Of a DNA stretch of 64,000 bases, positions 8,416 through 16,487 are shown piece by piece (position 1 is the first letter of the stretch; each line of letters begins with the position of its first letter). The notes under the pieces were generated by a model. The model was not told the DNA's origin, searched no databases, and saw only the letters and a program-made list of their open reading frames with translations. The translations under genes were made by a program, and so were the position numbers. The stretch is from a virus (lineage: Duplodnaviria > Heunggongvirae > Uroviricota > Caudoviricetes): positions 39,803 through 103,802 of the IMG/VR virus record IMGVR_UViG_2671180139_000002; one strand, 5' to 3'.

Positions 8416-8728
8416 GGCCCTTGCCCTCGATCGACACAGAGCGGGCGCGCGCTTGCACTTCGACCCGATGTCCGCTCTTCTGATCGACGTTGCCGAGCCA
8501 ACCGAACCAGCGATTGATCCAATCGACGACCCGCATCATGCGGGCGGCTGCGTTGTAGTCCTCGCGCGTCAGCAGATCGGAACCGCACTCGGGGCAGGGC
8601 GTGCCGATCAGGTGCGGGCCGAACTTCTGGTGCGGAGCGACGTAGCCGCATCCCGAATTGTCACAGACGAGGCGACCAGCGTCATCGGGATCGAAGTGAA
8701 TGAGCTTCTTTGCGGGCTTTGCGCGCAT
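8384..8728 (-). CDS. zinc-ribbon protein
   Basis: CDNSGCGY ... CPECGSD gives paired CxxC motifs; 114 aa. Confidence 0.4.
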   Translation of the reverse strand: MRAKPAKKLIHFDPDDAGRLVCDNSGCGYVAPHQKFGPHLIGTPCPECGSDLLTREDYNAAARMMRVVDWINRWFGWLGNVDQKSGHRVEVQARARSVSIEGKGRVGSAKTREI

Positions 8729-8930
8729 TGAGGAGTTCTTTCCTGACGTTGTAGATGGTGTCGGTGAGGTCCCAGGGAACGAGCCCGGAGACCGTGTCGA
8801 ACAGCGAGTTGACCACCAGGTAGAGCTCGCGATCGGTGATCTTGCCTTGTTCGTGCTGGTGAACCCGCTCGGCGAGGGCTTCCACGACCTTGCGTGAAAG
8901 CTCGCCCTGGATGTCCTCCCAGGAGGGCAT
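8682..8930 (-). CDS. hypothetical protein
   Basis: 82-aa ORF in the gene-strand series; no recognisable motif. Confidence 0.3.
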   Translation of the reverse strand: MPSWEDIQGELSRKVVEALAERVHQHEQGKITDRELYLVVNSLFDTVSGLVPWDLTDTIYNVRKELLNARKARKEAHSLRSR

Positions 8931-8933
8931 GGC

Positions 8934-9563
8934 TCAGGGATTGCCGGGGTTCATGGCGCGCGCCTGGCGCTCCGGGGTCCACAGCTCGTAGAAGCGGGCG
9001 AGGAAGCGCTGCTTGGCTTCGTAGGGCAGCCAGCACTCGATGGTCACCGGGGCGACGACGCTGTCGTCATGGAGCTTCCCGCTTTCCCAGTCTTCGCCGG
9101 CGCGCTTGGGAACGACCTGGTTGACCTCGGCCGCGGCAAGCGCTTCGTCGGCCGCCTTGACCGACGGCGGATAGGGGAACTGCAGACCGAAGCGCCGGGC
9201 GATGGCGTGCTCGTTGGCGTCCTCGACCTTCTTGAAGGGTGCTCGGAACAGCGGGTCGTACTTGAGCGGGCGGATCAGGTCGCCGTTGTAGGCTTCGGAG
9301 CCGTCGTGCAGCAGACGCTCCAGCGCTTCTTCCTCGGGCCCGAGATAGGAGGCGAGAACCGAATGCTCCGCGACCGAATAGAAGATCCGCTCCTTGTGCG
9401 CCGGATGCTGGATCGCGCCGTTGTAGCGGCAGCGGGTGGCTAGGTGATGCGCAAGCGTCTCGATCTCGACCTCCAGCGGGCGCGGGTCGAGCGGCCAGAA
9501 CTTGCTGCCGGCGGCGGTGTGCATGTACTTCCCGATGCGATCGGGCTGAACGATGGCGTTCAT
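8934..9563 (-). CDS. HD-domain phosphohydrolase (YfbR-like 5'-nucleotidase family)
   Basis: HH...D pattern: TLAHHLATRCRYNG ... YSVAEHS ... LLHDGSEAYNGDLIRP. Start placed at the ATG at 9563; the track's TTG start is at 9638. Confidence 0.6.
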   Translation of the reverse strand: MNAIVQPDRIGKYMHTAAGSKFWPLDPRPLEVEIETLAHHLATRCRYNGAIQHPAHKERIFYSVAEHSVLASYLGPEEEALERLLHDGSEAYNGDLIRPLKYDPLFRAPFKKVEDANEHAIARRFGLQFPYPPSVKAADEALAAAEVNQVVPKRAGEDWESGKLHDDSVVAPVTIECWLPYEAKQRFLARFYELWTPERQARAMNPGNP

Positions 9564-9587
9564 CAGTCTGTCCTGTGCGTGTGTGTT

Positions 9588-9621
9588 GCGCTCTGTCAGT
9601 AAGTTATAGCTGACAGAGCGC
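9588..9621 (-). other. perfect 12-bp stem-loop in the leader of the HD gene
   Basis: GCGCTCTGTCAG-taagttatag-CTGACAGAGCGC, between the palindromic motif at 9633..9651 and the ATG at 9563. Confidence 0.5.
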
Positions 9622-9632
9622 GGGTTGCGATA

Positions 9633-9651
9633 GGTCAATATTGACTTATCA
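9633..9651. promoter_or_regulatory. conserved palindromic motif instance (GGTCAATATTGACTTATCA)
   Basis: Member of the GATAAGTCA-N4-TGACTTATC family; overlaps the rIIB stop codon. Confidence 0.5.
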
Positions 9652-10986
9652 AACGGAACGCGAAGATGCCTTCAGGTTCTTCGAGAGGGACTCCCGATCC
9701 ATTTTTAGCGCTTTCGCGATAGTGCGAATGGACTCGCCAGCTTCGTGGCGACGCTTGGCCTCGGCGAACTTCTCCTCGTAGGTAGCGAAGGTCTGCGGGG
9801 CGGCGGGAGCTTCGATGTCGGGCTTACCCTTCGCTTCAACGAAGTCCTGGGCGAGCGCCTTCGGAGCCGACTTCCCGGAATGCACACGCGGGGCCTGCTT
9901 GACCGGCGGTGCCTTCTGCCGCTCGTTCTTGGCAGCCTCGGTGATCGCCGCGCTCATGTCGCCGGACACCGCGGCCGCGACCGCCGCCTTGACGTCCTTG
10001 GGTTCGATGCGGGCAGCAGTCTCGACGAAGCCCCGGCGGAAGTTCGACTTCTTGGGCTTCGAGGCTGTCGCCTTAACGGGCGTAGTCTGGACTTCGATGC
10101 CTTTCTGGGTCGTGCTGCCGCCGACGACAACTTCCTCCAGGACGCCGATGTGATTGCCGGCGAGCACCGCCGCTACGATGGCGCGACCTTCTTCGTCCTC
10201 GATCGCGGAGATCTTACCCGCCACCTTCTGGTAGACGCCCTTCGGCAGCTCGGCCACGAGGTGATAGGCGCAGGCCCGCATCTTGCCGGTCTCGATCGAA
10301 GGAACCGCGATCACGTCTGCCGGGCGAACCTTCGCCAGGAACACGGCTGTGCCGTAGCTGCCGTAGTTCTTGTTGCAAACGTGCAGTCCCGTCGAGCACA
10401 GGGTCCGGCGATTGTCGTCGACCTTCTCGGTGGGCATCGACACGCGAGAGCCGAGACGCTGCTCGACCTTGCCGGTATGCGTGTCCACGAAGACGCCGGG
10501 CTTGTCGCGGTGGGGCGTCAGGAACTTGTAGACGACGATGGAGCCGTCATCGGCGATCGGCAGATCACCGTTGCGCATGAACTGCAGGAGCTCGTCCGCG
10601 CTGTGTTTGTGCGGGATGCGGGCGAAGTCGTCCATGAAGGCGGCGAGAGCCTCGGCGCCGAACCCGTGCGCGGCTTCTTCCACGTACTTCGTCAGCGGAG
10701 CTGCGTCCGGGATGACGGCCGCCGAGGTCTTCAGGGCAACCGTGCCGTTGGGCTGCGCTTCCATCGTAATGGCGCCCTGGGTCATCTCCGCCAGCTTCTG
10801 AGCCAGGGAGAATTCATCAAGGTCGATCTCCGCGCGATGGCGCGTGGCGAGTGGGATTGCGATGCGTTCCATGATTGACTGGGTGCGCCAGTTCTCCTGG
10901 GGCAACACCTCCGACGTTCCGTCTTCCAGGAACAGCGTGATGCCGTTCCGGCTGACGATGACGCCAACTGCTGTGACCATCTTCAT
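9649..10986 (-). CDS. rIIB: rIIB lysis-inhibition protein
   Basis: C-terminal LCSTGLHVCNKNY...AKVRPADVIAVPSIETGKMRACAYHLV aligns with T4 rIIB (TCSRGLHVCSKSY...VKVHPRDVVSIPIDYNDAKMRTCQYEVV); immediately downstream of rIIA as in T4. Confidence 0.8.
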   Translation of the reverse strand: MKMVTAVGVIVSRNGITLFLEDGTSEVLPQENWRTQSIMERIAIPLATRHRAEIDLDEFSLAQKLAEMTQGAITMEAQPNGTVALKTSAAVIPDAAPLTKYVEEAAHGFGAEALAAFMDDFARIPHKHSADELLQFMRNGDLPIADDGSIVVYKFLTPHRDKPGVFVDTHTGKVEQRLGSRVSMPTEKVDDNRRTLCSTGLHVCNKNYGSYGTAVFLAKVRPADVIAVPSIETGKMRACAYHLVAELPKGVYQKVAGKISAIEDEEGRAIVAAVLAGNHIGVLEEVVVGGSTTQKGIEVQTTPVKATASKPKKSNFRRGFVETAARIEPKDVKAAVAAAVSGDMSAAITEAAKNERQKAPPVKQAPRVHSGKSAPKALAQDFVEAKGKPDIEAPAAPQTFATYEEKFAEAKRRHEAGESIRTIAKALKMDRESLSKNLKASSRSV

Positions 10987-13343
10987 TCTGCGTTCGTCTC
11001 CGTCTTGGGCTGGTTTGTGGTCGCTTTGGCCGCTTTCTCGACCAGGGGAAGGATGATCTCGAGGCTCTCGGTCGTGGTCTCGAAGGATGGGGTTTTGAGC
11101 ACTGCCGCCAGCGGTCTGAGGTGAGCCAGACGCACCGTCAGCTTCGCTCGCTCTTTAAGATCGCGAATTCGCGGTTCCGCTTTTTCAAGAACAGCGTCCA
11201 CGAGCTTCTTGAACCGTTCCTGACGCTCGCACTCCTCGTTGTAGTTTCCGGCCATCGAGTAGGAGCCGCCGGGCTTTACCCGGAACAACAAGCTGGCGCA
11301 GAGGATCAAATCCCAGCACGCATCTGCACCTTTGCTGGCGCGATAAGGCTCGGCGAAGGCCGCGTACGCCGCGCGCCGAGAATGCAACATGAGTTCGGAT
11401 GCGAGCACGCTCTCCGGGTCTCGATGCATTATGGCTTCGTGACACTGCGCCGCCATCAGCATGAAGACGTCCTCGGGACGCGGCTTCTTCAGCCGTTTCT
11501 CCAGGCGCTCAAGGATGATGTCCTCGATAGCTCTCGCGCCTGAATCCAGGAGCTTCTTCTGCTCCCGGATCCCGGTAATCAGTGCCGTCGCCGGAACCAG
11601 CTTGTTCAACAGGCGAATGCAGAACTGTGGCTGGCTTGTCGCACCGAACGAGACGGCAGGCACATCGTGGTGCGAGTATTTGGACATTGCCAGGAATGCC
11701 GCTGGCTCGGCGAGCGTCTTTGGCCGGTCCACATAGGCTCGTTTCTCATACGCACTGACCGCCAGGTCCGCGAGCGCGAGGTACTTGGGCTTGTTATCGA
11801 TCACCGTCGCTGGATCAGGCTTCGGCTTCTTCTCCCGCTTGATGCGATCGAGGAGCTCGGTGGTCATACCGTGCTTGGCCGCCCGCTCCCGGATATCCTT
11901 CAGTTCGGCTTCGCCGAGCTTGGGATCGATCAGAAAGTAGCCAACTCCGCCCCTCTTGAGCGCCGTTTCGCGGTTTGGCGCGATAACCAAATGCAGTTGC
12001 GTCATCGCCTGTTGATCAGACGGGGACTGGTGGCCGTAGCTGTCGTCCGACTTGCGAATTGGAAGCAGCCGCCCGGTCTTCTTCTCCCGGTAGAAGAGCC
12101 GCCCCATGTGGTTCGCGCCCGTCACTCGCAGCGTCCGGCGGCGGACCTGTTCGATGGCCTCGTCACGGAAGGTGCCAGGATAGGGCCATTTCTTGTAGCG
12201 GCGCGCGAACTCACGGCGATGATCGGGAAATCGGCTAACCGCGTAGCGCCCAAAATCCGCTGACTTGATCGTTCTCGTCTTAGCTATGGCGATGGCGATC
12301 TCGTCGGCGCCGGCGTGGACCCGCCGATCGATTTTCTCACCGGTAAAGTCGAAGTCCGCCAGAGTCAGTCGAGTGACGTTCTTGAGCCGCGCTTCGATGA
12401 CCCTGTTCGTCTCGCGCTTCCCGATCGCCTGAACCTCATGCACGAGCTTCCGCAGAACTCTCTTGAGAGTAGCGATTGTGAGATCGTCCATCTGCAGGTC
12501 TTCGCGAGAGGGCGTGACCGAGATCGTGTCCGGTTCAGCGCAGACCACCAGACCCATCCAATCGATGCAGAGCGCCTCCGCTTGACGCTGGAGCGTCCTG
12601 AGCTCCGTCGAGTCACGAAGCGGATACAGGACGTTCCCATAAAGGACGTGAATGCCCTGAAGGTTGGGAACCAGGCCGTAGCCTTGCTTCCGCAATTCCG
12701 CGTAATCGTAGTGATTAAGCAGCTCGCCGTTCAGCTCCACCTTGATGCCACTGTTCCTTGCGTCGGCTTTAATGATGCGCTCGAACTCCAAGCGGTGATC
12801 CAGCAGCCGCTCGACTGTCAGCGGGATCGTGACCGTCAGACCACTCTCGTCCGTCGGCGTGGACACCATCGGCCGCACCGCGGGCAAGCCGCCCGTGCTT
12901 TCGTCGCCGATGTGCATGGCGTAGATGGTCTTGACGCCTTCATGGCAGCTCGCGACCGTGAAGTGATCGGTATAGGCAAAGGGTGACTTCGACCCGAGGC
13001 CGAAGCCGCCGGTTTGGGTAGAGTCAGCGGTCTTGGTGGAGCCGAAATAGGTGGCGTAGATCTCCTCGATCCGGTCGTCAGCGATGCCGGGGCCGAAATC
13101 CTGGATCGTAAGCGCGGTTTCCGTCAGCGTGACCTTCACCGGCAGGTCCGGTTGACCCACCATGATGTGCGCATCGATCGCGTTCCGGACGACCTCGCGC
13201 ACGACGGCGAGCTTCTTGTCGCGGTAGAGCGCGTCGGACAGGATCTTGAAGGCATGTGCGGAAGCAGCGATTTGAAAGTTGCGGGCTGCACCGCCTCCGA
13301 CAATCGCGTAGTTGTTGTTCTCCGCAAGCGCATTTACTTGCAT
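10983..13343 (-). CDS. rIIA: rIIA lysis-inhibition protein (GHKL/HATPase-like N-terminus)
   Basis: N-terminal VREVVRNAIDAH...IQDFGPGI...GGFGLGSKS are histidine-kinase-like ATPase motifs typical of rIIA; 786 aa; rIIB adjacent. Confidence 0.8.
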   Translation of the reverse strand: MQVNALAENNNYAIVGGGAARNFQIAASAHAFKILSDALYRDKKLAVVREVVRNAIDAHIMVGQPDLPVKVTLTETALTIQDFGPGIADDRIEEIYATYFGSTKTADSTQTGGFGLGSKSPFAYTDHFTVASCHEGVKTIYAMHIGDESTGGLPAVRPMVSTPTDESGLTVTIPLTVERLLDHRLEFERIIKADARNSGIKVELNGELLNHYDYAELRKQGYGLVPNLQGIHVLYGNVLYPLRDSTELRTLQRQAEALCIDWMGLVVCAEPDTISVTPSREDLQMDDLTIATLKRVLRKLVHEVQAIGKRETNRVIEARLKNVTRLTLADFDFTGEKIDRRVHAGADEIAIAIAKTRTIKSADFGRYAVSRFPDHRREFARRYKKWPYPGTFRDEAIEQVRRRTLRVTGANHMGRLFYREKKTGRLLPIRKSDDSYGHQSPSDQQAMTQLHLVIAPNRETALKRGGVGYFLIDPKLGEAELKDIRERAAKHGMTTELLDRIKREKKPKPDPATVIDNKPKYLALADLAVSAYEKRAYVDRPKTLAEPAAFLAMSKYSHHDVPAVSFGATSQPQFCIRLLNKLVPATALITGIREQKKLLDSGARAIEDIILERLEKRLKKPRPEDVFMLMAAQCHEAIMHRDPESVLASELMLHSRRAAYAAFAEPYRASKGADACWDLILCASLLFRVKPGGSYSMAGNYNEECERQERFKKLVDAVLEKAEPRIRDLKERAKLTVRLAHLRPLAAVLKTPSFETTTESLEIILPLVEKAAKATTNQPKTETNAE

Positions 13344-13408
13344 TGATCTTCCTCGTGTGTGTGATCGCGTCTGAATTACATTAGCAACTCAGACGCGGGA
13401 TGCAGTAG

Positions 13409-13427
13409 GTAAGTATTTACTTACTAG
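13409..13427. promoter_or_regulatory. palindromic motif variant (GTAAGTATTTACTTACTAG)
   Basis: Between the kinase stop (13424) and the rIIA start; shares GTATTTACTTACTAGT with the copy at 19151. Confidence 0.45.
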
Positions 13428-14035
13428 TGAAGCCAAATTTCGGAGTGCTCACGGGCGATCTCCTGCATCCGATCCGTGAGAACCTGCTTGCACGCCTCTG
13501 TCCGCTCGCCGAGGTCCAGAGTGTTGATCAGGCAACTCGTGCCCTCGATATCGCGCCCTACCTGGTCAACTCCGCCTTCGATGAGGAGCTGGATAAGGGT
13601 CTGATAGGCGCGGTTCGCCGGCGGCTTCGTCGGATCTTCCTCGTATGTCGGCAGCGGCCTCAGAAGAACCAGGGTGTCGTAATAGAGCCTGGTCGTTTCG
13701 AGGCAGCGATCGGCATAGGCGGCGTACCGCTTTGCGAGCTCCGAGTCCGCGTTGTGCATGGTCAGCTCGCCCAATGCGTAGGCCAGCATGTCGAGCGGCG
13801 TGCGATCGGTGATGCAGGGCCTGGGCAGCTTCTGCAGATCCTTGATGTGCCGGTCGAGGAGCTTCTCCTGCGCCGTGATGCGTTCAGCCATGGGGAGATC
13901 AGCTACAGCGTCGTAGCCGAGCTCCTTCATCACCTTGGTTGTGGACGTTTCGTGGAAGTGGATGCCGAGATCCTCGGCAACCTTCTTCGCCAAAGTCGTC
14001 TTCCCGGTGCGATGTGCGCCGATCAAGCCGAACAT
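13424..14035 (-). CDS. P-loop NTPase, putative (d)NMP kinase
   Basis: Walker A GAHRTGKTTLAKK at the N-terminus; ~200 aa; lies in the nucleotide-metabolism cluster. Confidence 0.5.
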   Translation of the reverse strand: MFGLIGAHRTGKTTLAKKVAEDLGIHFHETSTTKVMKELGYDAVADLPMAERITAQEKLLDRHIKDLQKLPRPCITDRTPLDMLAYALGELTMHNADSELAKRYAAYADRCLETTRLYYDTLVLLRPLPTYEEDPTKPPANRAYQTLIQLLIEGGVDQVGRDIEGTSCLINTLDLGERTEACKQVLTDRMQEIAREHSEIWLH

Positions 14036-14511
14036 TACCGGGCGCCCGTCGATCCGAAGCCGCCTGCGCCGCGCGCCGTCTCGTCGAGATCCTCGACTTC
14101 GTGCAGAATAGCGCGGGCGACGTAGGTGAACATGATCTGGGCGATGCGATCGCCGGGCTCGACGACGAAGGGCTTGTCGCCGGTGTTCTGGAGAATGATG
14201 CCAACCTCGCCGCGGTAGTCGCTGTCGATGATGCCCGGAGCGTTCACGATGGTGATGCCAGCCTTGAGAGCGAGACCGGAGCGCGGGCAGGCGAGGAGGG
14301 CCAGGTGCGGCGGCAGTGCGAAGGCCAAGCCGGTGCCGATCAGGGAGCGTTCGCCCGGATTGATGGTGATGGGCTCCATGATGTCCGCCTTCACGTCCAT
14401 GCCGGCAGATCCGTCGGTCTGGTAAGCGGGGATGGCGGCTGAGGAGCGCAGGCGCTTCACCTTCACGTCCTCGAGGTAGAACTGGTCCTTGCGGCTATTC
14501 ATGCTTGTCAT
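14035..14511 (-). CDS. dut: dUTP diphosphatase (dUTPase)
   Basis: Trimeric dUTPase motifs AIPAYQTDGSAGMD, RSGLALK, GIIDSDYRGEVGIIL, GDRIAQ and the C-terminal GGFGSTG. Confidence 0.85.
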   Translation of the reverse strand: MTSMNSRKDQFYLEDVKVKRLRSSAAIPAYQTDGSAGMDVKADIMEPITINPGERSLIGTGLAFALPPHLALLACPRSGLALKAGITIVNAPGIIDSDYRGEVGIILQNTGDKPFVVEPGDRIAQIMFTYVARAILHEVEDLDETARGAGGFGSTGAR

Positions 14512-14785
14512 CCTTGATGTGCGTCACGGTGACGTCGTCGTCCGTGATTTCGTGGCCGAACTCGCCGGCCTTCGCGATGAAGGTCTCGACCAGAAAGGCG
14601 CTGGCGGCTTCGATTGCCGCTTCATTGGTGGGGAAGGGACCAACCATCGGCGGGGCAGGATTGCCCTCCAGCAGCTCCTCCTCCGCGAAGGTGTAGTAGA
14701 AGCCCGGCTCGACCGTCGTGGACTGCGTAAAGTCCAGGACGCTGACCGGGAAGCTCATTTCCGCCAAAGCAATGTCTCCAGTCAT
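14495..14785 (-). CDS. hypothetical protein
   Basis: 96-aa acidic ORF between the dut and ThyX-like genes. Confidence 0.35.
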   Translation of the reverse strand: MTGDIALAEMSFPVSVLDFTQSTTVEPGFYYTFAEEELLEGNPAPPMVGPFPTNEAAIEAASAFLVETFIAKAGEFGHEITDDDVTVTHIKDDKHE

Positions 14786-14890
14786 TACTGATTGATGATG
14801 TTGGGCGCGGCTAGACGATGATGCGGATGATCTCGTAGACGCCCCAGAGGATCAGAAGGCCGCAGACCCAGTCGGAGATGAGCAGGCGGC

Positions 14891-15844
14891 TCATCCCGGC
14901 ACGAACTCGTAGGGGAGGGTCTTCCGGTTCTGGATGTAACCGGTGAAGTTGGCGTGCAGAGCTGGCTGCTGCCAGACGATGTCGGAGCCCGGAGTGTCCA
15001 CGATCGCAACATCAGGCGTGGCCTGGTGCTCGGCCGGAGAGGCGTGAACCGGACGCGAGACCACGAGGCCCTCGTAGCGAGCGAGCTCCTTCTCCAGCGA
15101 GCCGTCACCGTCAAACGGCTTGATGGTCAGACGCGCGCAGCGGGCGACAGACAGCTTGCGAAGGGTGCCGCTGGGGTCGCGAAGACCGCCGTACTGCTCG
15201 ATCTCAGCCTGGTCGTCCACGTAGGGCAGGTGCCATTCGCCGGGCTGCAGAAGCGTCTGCTCGGAATGATCGAGAGCCGCCTTCACCGCGCGGGCGAGAT
15301 GCTGCACCTCGGGCTGGGCCGCCTCGTGGTCGCGAAGCGCGAAGAAGTTCTCCCAGTCGGTCGCCGTAATCAGCACGTCGATGTAGCCGAACCACTCCAG
15401 CGGACGATTGGCCCACTGCTTGTGAACGCCAAGCTCCGTGAGCTGGCGCACGGTGTCCTTGGTGGCTTCGGCGAGTTCGATCCAGAGACGCTCGGCAGTG
15501 ACCATCTCCTCCGGCGTGAGCTCCTCGGTTGCCTGCATTCCCCGCTTGTTCTTCATGAAGTGAGGAACGTAGGGTGCCTCTTCCAGGAGCCGGGCGACGG
15601 GCACGGCGCGCGAGGAGCGGCCGTTGCGGGAAAGCTTCTCGTCGGCGAGCAGGCTGATATCCTGCATGACGATTTCCGAGAGCTCGCCCTCAAAGCCGGT
15701 GAGAATGCGATGGGTCTTGGCGTCGGCGTGAACCATGCGCGGATAGCGGGCCTGCACGGTGGGAAGTCGAATGCCCTGGGGCGAAACGCTGTCCTTGACG
15801 ACGCGCGCCTGGGCGGACTCGACGGCGAAAAAGTGGTCGCTCAT
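14891..15844 (-). CDS. hypothetical protein, tentatively ThyX-like (flavin-dependent thymidylate synthase fold)
   Basis: Segment WFGYIDVLITATDWENFFALRDHEAAQPEVQHLARAV parallels the ThyX region ([28 protein letters not shown]); a canonical RHRxxSxxxxSxR motif is not clear. Start placed at an internal Met; lies in the nucleotide-metabolism cluster. Confidence 0.3.
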   Translation of the reverse strand: MSDHFFAVESAQARVVKDSVSPQGIRLPTVQARYPRMVHADAKTHRILTGFEGELSEIVMQDISLLADEKLSRNGRSSRAVPVARLLEEAPYVPHFMKNKRGMQATEELTPEEMVTAERLWIELAEATKDTVRQLTELGVHKQWANRPLEWFGYIDVLITATDWENFFALRDHEAAQPEVQHLARAVKAALDHSEQTLLQPGEWHLPYVDDQAEIEQYGGLRDPSGTLRKLSVARCARLTIKPFDGDGSLEKELARYEGLVVSRPVHASPAEHQATPDVAIVDTPGSDIVWQQPALHANFTGYIQNRKTLPYEFVPG

Positions 15845-15855
15845 GCTGTCACCGA

Positions 15856-16107
15856 TCAATAGAAGCGAATGGTGCCGCCCTTGCCCCAGTACGAGGAGCA
15901 GAAGACGCCTTCGACGTTGATGCCGGCGGGTGATTTCGCGCGAAAGCCGGTGCTGTAGTCGTCGCTGTTGCTGCAGCCGAACCATTCATGACCGGTGATG
16001 ACGATGTCGCTGTAGCCCTGCTGGCGCAGCACGCGCTGAGCCGTCTCCGGATCGGTGCAGGCGCTGAGACCCAGTGCGAGAGCGGCAAGGAGAATGAACT
16101 TGCGCAT
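15856..16107 (-). CDS. small lipoprotein
   Basis: MRKFILLAALALGLSAC carries a lipobox (LSAC); 84 aa from the internal Met. Confidence 0.5.
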   Translation of the reverse strand: MRKFILLAALALGLSACTDPETAQRVLRQQGYSDIVITGHEWFGCSNSDDYSTGFRAKSPAGINVEGVFCSSYWGKGGTIRFY

Positions 16108-16152
16108 ATGTTCCTCGTGTGTGCGAGGAGCCCTAAGGCCCCTCGCGTGTGT

Positions 16153-16171
16153 AGTCAATGCTGACTTATCA
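16153..16171. promoter_or_regulatory. palindromic motif instance (AGTCAATGCTGACTTATCA) followed on the plus strand by TTTATAGC (gene-strand GCTATAAAT)
   Basis: Between the grx stop and the lipoprotein start; the gene-strand TATAAAT is T4-late-like. Confidence 0.5.
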
Positions 16172-16205
16172 TTTATAGCAAGTCAAAGACGGCTTGCGAC
16201 TGGAT

Positions 16206-16487
16206 TCAGGCGGCGATCTGCTCGTCAATCGCGCGCTGGGTGTGCAGGTAGAGCTCCAGGGCGTCAGAGCCGCCGATCAGCACTTCCTGCTCCTTGTCGA
16301 CCAGATAGACCTTGGGGAAGGTCCGATCGCCGTCGACGAAGCCACGCTCATCCATCCAGGCCGTGCGCTCTTCCAGGGTCGGAAGCTTCACGTAGTCGAT
16401 GGTCGCTCCGTCGAGCAGGAGCATGTTCAAGGCCCGCTTGCAGAACGGGCAGGTCTCGAAACCGTAGACGCGAAAGTTTGCCATCAT
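16206..16487 (-). CDS. glutaredoxin / NrdH-like redoxin
   Basis: CPFC active site in a thioredoxin-fold context (VYGFETCPFCKRA); immediately downstream of the nrd genes. Confidence 0.75.
   Translation of the reverse strand: MMANFRVYGFETCPFCKRALNMLLLDGATIDYVKLPTLEERTAWMDERGFVDGDRTFPKVYLVDKEQEVLIGGSDALELYLHTQRAIDEQIAA

Noticed and set aside
8193-8651. 152-aa minus ORF
   Set aside because: Arg-rich alternative frame overlapping the Zn-ribbon ORF and the HNH gene; no motifs.
14954-15862. 302-aa plus-strand ORF
   Set aside because: Antisense to the ThyX-like gene; the minus frame has balanced, protein-like composition and an internal start with coupling.
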